Assembly (NCBI GenBank): GCA_958296445.1
Contig: OY282565.1
Span: 721,936-785,935 of the forward strand
Direction of reading: 5' to 3'
Length of the DNA stretch: 64,000 bases
Source: an uncultured Dehalococcoidia bacterium
GTDB lineage: Bacteria; Chloroflexota; Dehalococcoidia; Lucifugimonadales; UBA3495
The notes beneath the pieces are model-generated. The model saw nothing but the letters and a program-made list of their open reading frames with translations. It made no database searches and was not told the DNA's origin. Positions 53,181 to 59,978 of the stretch are shown here, in pieces (within the stretch, counting starts at the first letter, position 1; every line of letters begins with the position of its first letter). The translations under genes were made by a program, and so were the position numbers.

Positions 53181-54233
53181 TTAGCCCGCCCGCACTTCCC
53201 GCACGGCGGCGGAGGTGCGCGACAGTGCTTCCTCAATGTCCGCCGGGGTTATGTGGCGGTGGGTGACCATTCGGATGGATTGCTTGCCGGGGTAGGATAC
53301 CTTGACGCCGTGGCGCTCTAGGGCGGCGATTAGCTGGGCGGCGGTTCCGAGGTTTTCGTCAACCTCGAAAAAGACTATGTTGGTTTGGATGCGCTCCGGG
53401 TCTACGCTCAGGCCGTCTATGTTGGCGAGGCCCTGGGCTAGGCGGCGGGCGTTCTGGTGGTCTTCGGCCAAGCGGTCTACCATCGTGTCGAGGGCCACCA
53501 GCCCGGCGGCGGCCAGCACCCCGGCCTGCCGCATCCCGCCGCCCAGCATCTTGCGCCAGCGTTTGGCTTGGGCGATGAAATCCTGCGACCCCACCAGCAC
53601 CGACCCCACGGGGCAACTCAGCGACTTGGACAAGCAGAAGCTCAAATCGTCCACGTCGCGGGTGAGTTCGGCGGCCGGCACTTCCAGGGCGACGGCGGCG
53701 TTGAAAATGCGGGCGCCGTCCAGATGCACCGGCACCCCCGCGGCGTGGGCCGTGTCGCAGACGGCCTTGGTGTCGGCCGGCGTCAATGCGCCGCCGCTGC
53801 AACGGTTGTGGGTGTTCTCCAGACATACCATGCTGGTGCGGGGGAAGTGCAGGTTGCCCGGCGGGCGGATGGCGGCGGCCACGTCGTCGGCGTTGATGCG
53901 CCCCTGCTCGTCATTAGGCACCAGCCGGGTCTGCACCCCGGCCAGCGCCGCCTGCCCGGCCCCTTCGTTCCAGAACATATGCGCCTGGTCGCCCATAATG
54001 ATTTCGTCGCCGTGGCTGCCCCAGGCCAAGGTGGCGATAAGGTTGCTCATCGTGCCGCTGGAAGTCAGCAGCCCGGCTTCCTTGCCCAGCAGGGCGGCGG
54101 AGCGCTCCTGTAATTCGTTGATGGACGGGTCTTCGCCGAAAACGTCATCGCCCACCTCGGCGGCGGCCATAGCACGCCGCATCTCCTCGGTCGGCTGGGT
54201 AACGGTGTCGCTGCGCAGGTCAATCGCTGTCAT
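53181..54233 (-). CDS. ltaE: low-specificity L-threonine aldolase (PLP-dependent)
   Basis: IDLRSDTVTQPTEEMRRAM...GDDVFGEDPS.NELQ...; ...FCLSKSLSCPVGSVLVG. Confidence 0.9.
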   Translation of the reverse strand: MTAIDLRSDTVTQPTEEMRRAMAAAEVGDDVFGEDPSINELQERSAALLGKEAGLLTSSGTMSNLIATLAWGSHGDEIIMGDQAHMFWNEGAGQAALAGVQTRLVPNDEQGRINADDVAAAIRPPGNLHFPRTSMVCLENTHNRCSGGALTPADTKAVCDTAHAAGVPVHLDGARIFNAAVALEVPAAELTRDVDDLSFCLSKSLSCPVGSVLVGSQDFIAQAKRWRKMLGGGMRQAGVLAAAGLVALDTMVDRLAEDHQNARRLAQGLANIDGLSVDPERIQTNIVFFEVDENLGTAAQLIAALERHGVKVSYPGKQSIRMVTHRHITPADIEEALSRTSAAVREVRAG

Positions 54234-54334
54234 CCGGCCCTCTACTATTATGTGAAACGGAATTATTGTCGAATCGGGCCTATTCTATCAGTATTGCGGT
54301 GAAATGGGGAATCGTGGCGGCAAACCCGCAGGGC

Positions 54335-54678
54335 GGGCAACCATCCGGCAAAACGGGCAACCGGGCGGCAGGGCGGGCAACCATCCGGCAAGACGGGCAA
54401 CCGGGCGGCAGGGCGGGCAACCACAAGGGTTGCCCCTACCGGGCCGGGGCCACGCCGCCGGATGTAGGGGCAACCCTTGTGGTTGCCCCCGCCCGGTTGC
54501 CCCCGGTGTGGTTGCCCCCGGCCGGTTGGCGGCAATCCCTTTCGATTCTTTGTCTGAATCAGGATTCACCGGATTTAAGGATTTTCAGGATTACCCCCAT
54601 CCGGTTAATCCCAATAATCCGGCAAATCCTGATTCAGACAATCGGCCCCGTCCGGTTGCCCCCGTCCGGTTGCCCCCA
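54335..54678. repeat. GGGCAACC / GGTTGCCC motif array in opposed orientation around a central palindrome
   Basis: GGGCAACC at 54335, 54355, 54375, 54395 and 54415 (20-bp period). Central palindrome gggcaaccacaagggttgcccctac...gtaggggcaacccttgtggttgccc (54415-54487). GGTTGCCCCC at 54481, 54495, 54510, 54654 and 54669. A MITE copy interrupts the right arm. Confidence 0.85.
54551..54640. repeat. MITE-like palindromic element copy (90 bp)
   Basis: tgtctgaatcaggattcaccggatttaagg...ggcaaatcctgattcagaca. Confidence 0.65.
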
Positions 54679-54790
54679 TCCGTCCGAGAAAATTCCGCTA
54701 CTCGGTTTCGGCCCTTTAACCCTGTCTGAATCCGTCAGCTGTTGACGAAAGCTGTCAGCATGACTCAGACGCCTCAGTGACGAATTTCGC

Positions 54791-54973
54791 TCATTGGGGC
54801 GAATTGCAACTGACGTATAAGGAACCGGGATAGCGGGTTGGCGGCGCGGGGGTGTCGGGGTCGTCTGGTATGGCATAGGTCTGGTAGTCGGGAATCCGTA
54901 GGTAGTCAACGGCATCCTGCAGATGGTTCAGGATGGGGTTGGTCAGACGGCGGAAGGGGCGGGGCTTTGCCAT
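54791..54973 (-). CDS. hypothetical 60-aa protein (last gene of the micro-ORF operon)
   Basis: AGGGAG upstream. MAKPRPFRRLTNPILNHLQDAVDYLRIPDYQ... Confidence 0.4.
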   Translation of the reverse strand: MAKPRPFRRLTNPILNHLQDAVDYLRIPDYQTYAIPDDPDTPAPPTRYPGSLYVSCNSPQ

Positions 54974-54983
54974 ACGCTACTCC

Positions 54984-55079
54984 CTAGCAGCAGCAGGTTG
55001 CTAACGCGGCTGCGTAGTCTGCGTATTCGAGCAGCCGTTTGAGCAGTTCGTCCAGAACTGGATCGGGTCCATCATTCAC
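54984..55079 (-). CDS. possible 31-aa peptide ending in CCC (GTG start); an alternative ATG frame at 55075 gives a 24-aa peptide
   Basis: Hand translation: MNDGPDPVLDELLKRLLEYADYAAALATCCC. AAGGAAG lies upstream. The frame choice is ambiguous. Confidence 0.25.
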   Translation of the reverse strand: MNDGPDPVLDELLKRLLEYADYAAALATCCC

Positions 55080-55084
55080 CTTCC

Positions 55085-55213
55085 TTATCCTGCCAGTCTT
55101 GTCGCAACCCCTTGTAGGACATCTGCCAGCAACACCGTTCCTAGCACCAGTCCTAGACTTAAAGCCGCCAAAGCCGTCAGTTGCGCTGCTATTCTCAGTC
55201 CTTTAACCATCAT
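55085..55213 (-). CDS. 42-aa hydrophobic micro-protein
   Basis: Hand translation: MMVKGLRIAAQLTALAALSLGLVLGTVLLADVLQGVATRLAG. GGAGG lies immediately upstream. Confidence 0.45.
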   Translation of the reverse strand: MMVKGLRIAAQLTALAALSLGLVLGTVLLADVLQGVATRLAG

Positions 55214-55257
55214 TGCCTCCGGTGTGGGATTTTTTGCCGCAGTACCAGCAACTCCAG

Positions 55258-55374
55258 CTACATCCCGCCGGTCAAGAACAGATACAGGTATTGCCTGCCT
55301 TGCTCAGACGCCATCAGTGCGCCTATGCCGAGGATGGACAGCAACGGCAGGGCGATAATCAGCTTTATTAACAT
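55258..55374 (-). CDS. 38-aa hydrophobic micro-protein
   Basis: Hand translation: MLIKLIIALPLLSILGIGALMASEQGRQYLYLFLTGGM. GGAGGG lies 7 nt upstream. Confidence 0.45.
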   Translation of the reverse strand: MLIKLIIALPLLSILGIGALMASEQGRQYLYLFLTGGM

Positions 55375-55394
55375 CCTTCAACCCTCCGGTTTTT

Positions 55395-55601
55395 CTAGTT
55401 CTCCGGCCCCAGGTACCAGTAGGCTGTTGCCACGAACCCTGCGGCGGCAGCTAGGAGTAGCCCTATCGAGAAAATCAGCGTGCCAGTCTCTCCCCCGCTC
55501 ATGGGTAGCAGTAGCAGTGCGCCGATGAATGCGGCGCTGGCCAGTAGATACGCCCCGGCTTTCGCCGTTACTGGCAATGCCCGTTTGATTAGCCTAAGCA
55601 T
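55395..55601 (-). CDS. 68-aa two-TM micro-protein
   Basis: ORF-track entry. AGGAGAG upstream overlaps the preceding stop. Confidence 0.5.
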   Translation of the reverse strand: MLRLIKRALPVTAKAGAYLLASAAFIGALLLLPMSGGETGTLIFSIGLLLAAAAGFVATAYWYLGPEN

Positions 55602-55611
55602 TCTCTCTCTC

Positions 55612-55743
55612 CTAAGTTTGGGTTATCCGCCCCACGTGAATATGGGCGTAAATTTCACCGGGATTGCCGCCAAATCCAAACGCGACCCCCAGAGCTACCG
55701 CGTCCACCGCCAGGAGCATCAAGATACCTTTCGCTTTTGCCAA
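55612..55743 (-). CDS. 43-aa (TTG start) or 35-aa (ATG 55719) hydrophobic micro-protein
   Basis: Hand translation: (M)AKAKGILMLLAVDAVALGVAFGFGGNPGEIYAHIHVGRITQT. GGAGG lies 10 nt upstream of the TTG. Confidence 0.4.
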   Translation of the reverse strand: MAKAKGILMLLAVDAVALGVAFGFGGNPGEIYAHIHVGRITQT

Positions 55744-55763
55744 TATTGTCTTACCTCCGCCGT

Positions 55764-55883
55764 TTACCAGCCCATTACCGGAACGAGCCCCCGGCTAGGC
55801 TCCGGTATGACGCCAAGCGCCATCAGCGCGAAGAGAGTTACGAACAGAACTGGGAACGCTGCTATAACCGCCAGTTTCAGCAT
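55764..55883 (-). CDS. 39-aa hydrophobic micro-protein
   Basis: Hand translation: MLKLAVIAAFPVLFVTLFALMALGVIPEPSRGLVPVMGW. GGAGG lies 9 nt upstream. Confidence 0.45.
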   Translation of the reverse strand: MLKLAVIAAFPVLFVTLFALMALGVIPEPSRGLVPVMGW

Positions 55884-55902
55884 CCGAATGTACCTCCGGT
55901 TT

Positions 55903-56181
55903 TTATTCTTCCCTGCCGGAATCCCTAAGCTGGCTATTGTCTGCGTCTTTCCGTTTCTCAGGGCGTCTGCCCCGGGCCCCCTGATCCTGTTGGTCGCCAG
56001 GCAGTGGCGCGAATAGCGCGCTGTACAGACCTAGGACCAACGGCGCCGCCGTCATGAGCGTATAGAGCGTGAACGCTCCGCCCTGCGGCTTAACCGCTAT
56101 GCCGAACCCTAGGATCCCGAGTAAGACAACCACGGAACCTGCTACTGCCCCCCGGAAGGCAATTCTCCTTATCCGTCCCAT
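55903..56181 (-). CDS. 92-aa two-TM protein with charged C-terminal tail
   Basis: ORF-track entry. GAGGGAG upstream. The start lies 19 nt downstream of the integrase-fragment stop. Confidence 0.5.
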   Translation of the reverse strand: MGRIRRIAFRGAVAGSVVVLLGILGFGIAVKPQGGAFTLYTLMTAAPLVLGLYSALFAPLPGDQQDQGARGRRPEKRKDADNSQLRDSGREE

Positions 56182-56200
56182 TTCTCTCCCTCTGGCCCCG

Positions 56201-56635
56201 CTAGGGAACCAAGTCCATAGATTCGCTGCCTCCTGCGTTGAGCTGCAGGTAAGCCATTGTGGTTGTGAGCCTGGCGTGGCCCAGCCAGGCTGAAACTTCG
56301 TTGAGTTGCACGCCGTGTTCCAACCAATGCCTGGCTGCAGAGTGTCGTAGGGTGTGCGCCCCCAAGCGGTCAGTGTCCAGCCCTGCCGCTATGGCCGCGG
56401 CCTTAGTCCATTCCCAAATGCGCTGGGGTCTGACGGCGGCACCATCCCGTCCGGGTAGCAGCAAGGCGCCGGCCGGCTTCCCCTCTACGGTATAGCCCAG
56501 GCGGACGCCGATTTTCTTGTGGCAAGGAACAATGCGGCCGGGGCGGCTGCGCTTGGCCTCGCTTTGGACGCCCCCTTGCGGAGGTAAACCGGCGACTGCG
56601 ACACAAGGAAGAACCGCAGCGGCGCAGGGCGGCAA
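56201..56635 (-). pseudogene. 5'-truncated tyrosine recombinase/integrase (C-terminal catalytic segment only)
   Basis: ...GAHTLRHSAARHWLEHGVQLNEVSAWLGHARLTTTMAYLQL carries the H-x-x-R and terminal Tyr boxes. The N-terminal SAM-like domain and first Arg box are absent. Confidence 0.75.
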
Positions 56636-56649
56636 CCAAAGCGGCCGGC

Positions 56650-56815
56650 GGTTCTTGGGACACGGCGGGGCGGAGTTGCAGCGAGTTCTGGGCCAGTTGC
56701 CGGTTCCTGACCCTTACGACGAATGGCTGAAACTGTCTGCTTCGCTGAAATCGGCGGGGCTTTCGATGGCGGAAGTCAGTAGCTGGAGTCGCAGGGGGAA
56801 GAAATACCGAGAAAA
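56650..56815 (+). pseudogene. fragment resembling a primase C-terminal (PriCT-2-like) domain
   Basis: LGQLPVPDPYDEWLKLSASLKSAGLSMAEVSSWSRRGKKY parallels the PriCT-2 pattern (..yd.W..vg.AL......g...f..WS....kY). There is no intact gene around it. Confidence 0.35.
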
Positions 56816-56986
56816 GAAAAATCCGCTACTCGGTTCCGGCCTCAGCTCAGCCCGAACCCGCCGCCGCGCTGAGGTAAGGAGTCGATGGGGATAGGTCGGC
56901 CGGTGGCAGATTCCCGGCATTTTGCGGGTTGGGAAATTGGCCCGGTGGGGCGCGAAGCCCCTATCGTTCCTGCTCCTTATAGCTAA

Positions 56987-57014
56987 GGGCCGCCCCGGTT
57001 ATCCGGGGCGGCCC
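56987..57014. terminator. perfect 12-bp GC hairpin (gggccgccccgg-ttat-ccggggcggccc), possible bidirectional terminator
   Basis: Read directly from the sequence. No clear U-tract follows. Confidence 0.35.
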
Positions 57015-57416
57015 TGCTGCGTCTACTGCCGCGTGTCGGCTTAGGTCTACGGCTCGTTGGGAATCGTCCGACTGCGTGCCGGAGGGGGGTAAGGGGGTTT
57101 GTGGGCTTCCGGCACTTAAGAGAAAAATCCACTACTTGGTTTCGGCCTTTAACTTGGCCTGAATCAGTCGTTATATTGACGAAAAACGTCTAGGCAAATG
57201 ATTCTGATGCGGTGAAGAATTCTGCCCTTTAGGGGAATTTTGGAATCATCCTGGCCGGACATAAAATAAGGGATTGTATGCCGACTTTACCCGCGCGCTT
57301 GGAAGTGTGCGAAATTAGGCCGGCCGTTTGGAGAGCGGCGACTCAATTTCGCACATGGACGGCCTGCTGGATGCAATGGCGGCAAGGCCGGGCGTTTCCG
57401 CCGTGGATTGTTGCCA

Positions 57417-57665
57417 CTAGTACGAGGACGCTGGTACTCGGTCGTTGAGGGTAATGCCACGGGCGACGTTGCGCCGCCGGGTGATGTAGCCTCCGCGTTC
57501 CAGTTGCTTGATGTGGTAGTGCGCCACTGATGTGCTGCTCATGCTGCAATTGAGTTGAATTTCACGGATGGAGGGCGGGTAAGAGTGCTGGGCGCGGTAG
57601 GCCCGCAGGTACTCCAGGATGCGTTGCCGGGGCGGGCTGAGCGGCGGCGCTTGGCGTTCGGGCAT
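57417..57665 (-). CDS. LexA-type winged-helix DNA-binding domain protein lacking the S24 peptidase domain
   Basis: LSPPRQRILEYLRAYRAQHSYPPSIREIQLNCSMSSTSVAHYHIKQLERGGYITR parallels the LexA N-terminal domain. Only 82 aa. Confidence 0.75.
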   Translation of the reverse strand: MPERQAPPLSPPRQRILEYLRAYRAQHSYPPSIREIQLNCSMSSTSVAHYHIKQLERGGYITRRRNVARGITLNDRVPASSY

Positions 57666-57742
57666 GGTTGGCTCTGTTGCCAGCGGTTTTGGTATCGGCG
57701 ACCGCTGGTGGAACCATTGTGTCGGCTCGCACTGGGTATGCG

Positions 57743-58609
57743 CTATGGGGAAGTGTCACTTAGGTCCTTGCGGTTGACGGTGGCCCGGGTCTCCATGTCC
57801 GAGGGTACTAGTTCCGTGTAATTGGGGAAGTTTCCCAGGGTCAGCCGGGAGTGTATCTTTACGGTTTCGCTGGGGATCCTCATGGTGGACAGGCTGTGGG
57901 TGATCTCCGGGTTTTCGCTCTCTTCCCGGTCATCCCCGTTGTCTGACTTGTGGTTGCCGAAGGCGAGGGTGACGGAGCCTTCGGCGGCTGGCAACAGCCT
58001 CGCCAGTTCTACTACTGTCTTGTTGGGAATATTGACGTTCAGGTCGTGCTCCGTGGCTTCGGCCAGCTCCGTTTCCTGGATGGACAGACGGAATCCGTCT
58101 GCGCCGGCCACGTTCAGTTTGATCCCGTTGGCTCTCAGGTTGAGGGAGTTCAGCATGGGCCTTGTCTCGCCCTTCTCTGTGGTGAAGTAGGTGCGCTGAA
58201 TGACCTTGTACAGAACTTTGGTGTCCACCTTGAAGGATACTTCATCCTGTAGGGCCGGGGGATCCGCCGTTTTATCGGGGTTGGCATTGACGTAGATGTT
58301 GCTGATGCTACGGCCGGCCGTGACCCTCATCAGATTTCTTTCCGGGTCTTGGTCGAGGTCAACGCGGGTGCGGTTCAGGCATTTGGCCACTTGGGTGAAC
58401 AGTTCGGACGATAGGGCGGCTTTGCCTTCTTGGTTCACGTCGCAGCCTATCCAGGTTGTCATGGACAGGTCGGGGTCGCCTGCCCGGAGCTGTAGAGTTC
58501 CGTTTTCGGCGGTAAGCACGGTGTACTTGGCTTCGCTGTTCCCGTGGGCTGCGCGGTCAACGATGCTCAGGGCCCTGCTGAGTCTTTCCTGAGTGCGTGA
58601 GATTTCTAT
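57743..58609 (-). CDS. DNA polymerase III beta sliding-clamp homolog, domains I-II only (ORF extends upstream to 59080)
   Basis: IEISRTQERLSRALSIVDRAA...LQLRAGDPDLSM...RPMLNSLNLRANGIKLNVAGADGFRLS...LGNFPNYTELVP; stops ~12 aa into domain III. No canonical start codon at the homologous N-terminus. The upstream 157 codons are low-complexity. Confidence 0.7.
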   Translation of the reverse strand: MEISRTQERLSRALSIVDRAAHGNSEAKYTVLTAENGTLQLRAGDPDLSMTTWIGCDVNQEGKAALSSELFTQVAKCLNRTRVDLDQDPERNLMRVTAGRSISNIYVNANPDKTADPPALQDEVSFKVDTKVLYKVIQRTYFTTEKGETRPMLNSLNLRANGIKLNVAGADGFRLSIQETELAEATEHDLNVNIPNKTVVELARLLPAAEGSVTLAFGNHKSDNGDDREESENPEITHSLSTMRIPSETVKIHSRLTLGNFPNYTELVPSDMETRATVNRKDLSDTSP

Positions 58610-59149
58610 CGTGTCTCCTCTTCTTCCGAGTCTTTCCGTAGTCCTCTTGCGCTTAGAATTGAGTGACGGCGGGATGAAGCGTTGGGTAAGGGGGGTTCTG
58701 GTGGTCCGGTTCGAGGAATTTCTTGGGCTGGCGATGTTGTTGGGGATTGTGGTTCTGGCTTGGCTGGCAACCGACTCTGATCCCCGTCCGTCGGCTTTCG
58801 GGCCTGCTCCGGGATTCTGGGGGCGGATGGTTTCCGGGGGCCGGAGGAGTTGGCTGTTGCTTGCGCCGGTTCTGGGGCTGTCGGGGTTCTTGACCTCGCG
58901 CCGGTGGGAGCCCGCGGTGATGTACCCCGTCTGCGGGCTTTCGGCGGCGTTTGTCTTATGGTCCGCACTTCCGTGGTTTCTGTCCGGGCTGGTCAACGTT
59001 CTGTTGGCTCTGCTGATGTTCGTTCTGATCTTGCCAGTCGCTTTCGTGAAGGGGTTGTTCCTGTAGATTCCGGGTGACAAGGAAACCCGGCAGACATTGA
59101 AGTCTGCCGGGCGAACCGGGCTTTGACGCTGTGTGGAGGGCCGGATTGT

Positions 59150-59695
59150 TTACTGTCCGGTAGGGTCCCCTTTTTCCTTTTCCCGCCTCTGGCGTTCCCG
59201 CTCTTCGGCAACTCCTTGGGCGTACCCTTCGGCGCGTCCTTGCTCGATGTATTCGGGGCCGATGTTTTTTCGGAACCGCCGTTCCATTGCGGCCTCACCC
59301 CATATCCGGTCGATGAAGTTGTAGCCTACCTGGAAGGCTCCCATGATGGTTCCTCCTGTTAGTGAAATGGGGTAGCTCAGCAGTATGGTTGCTGCCAGCA
59401 GTCCAGGGGCGATTGAGGAGAATTCTTTCAGGATTTTGGTGGTCAGCGTCATGACGCCTACCACGGATATGGTGGTCTCCGTTCCCGGATCCCTCAGGGT
59501 CAGGACGGTTGCCACCGCCATTCCTAGGGCCGTGGCCACGATGAATATCGGGAAGAACGCTCTGGCCACGTTCCTCGGGATGGTGGCGATGGCTTCCCTT
59601 TCCTGTAGGGCTTTCCTCTCCCGGGTTTTCTCAGAGTTGTCCAGTCCCAGCTTTTTGCCCAGCCGGAGCAGGACCTTCGCGATTTTGCCTGTCAT
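59150..59695 (-). CDS. hypothetical multi-TM membrane protein with charged C-terminal tail
   Basis: 181 aa with 3-4 hydrophobic segments. No family recognised. Confidence 0.5.
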   Translation of the reverse strand: MTGKIAKVLLRLGKKLGLDNSEKTRERKALQEREAIATIPRNVARAFFPIFIVATALGMAVATVLTLRDPGTETTISVVGVMTLTTKILKEFSSIAPGLLAATILLSYPISLTGGTIMGAFQVGYNFIDRIWGEAAMERRFRKNIGPEYIEQGRAEGYAQGVAEERERQRREKEKGDPTGQ

Positions 59696-59978
59696 CAGGC
59701 TTCTCCTTGATTTCGCAGGCAGGAGAATCCCGGTGACGGCGCTGGTCGGCGCAGCCCTCAGGGTTCGGCTGCGCCGCGGTATTCTTGGGGTTGTCCGGGC
59801 TTCTCTTTCCAGTCCTCCTTGTCAGCGTCTGCGTCCGGTTTTCGACAGCAAGGCCGGTCCCTTAGGATGGCCTTGAGTTTGAGGGTTCAATCGTATGTTT
59901 TCGATTTCCTGGTTGTCAATTCCTGTGGCTCAGGTTTCTGGGATCCGGACGTGACGGGGTAGGTGAGGTTGCGGATCT

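Noticed and set aside
54685-57190. Interpreting the ~70-bp repeats as definitive attL/attR of an integrated element.
   Set aside because: Identity is only about 80%, a third partial copy exists inside the segment, no tRNA or conserved target gene is present, and the repeat head is shared with the genome-wide repeat family. It is kept only as a low-interest finding.
58593-59066. Plus-strand 157-aa ORF with four hydrophobic segments, antisense to the upstream extension of the clamp-like ORF.
   Set aside because: Not rejected outright, but left uncalled. Either this ORF or the low-complexity N-terminal extension of the minus-strand ORF is spurious, and sequence alone cannot decide. Every other gene in the island is on the minus strand, and a divergent promoter would have to fit in ~65 nt.
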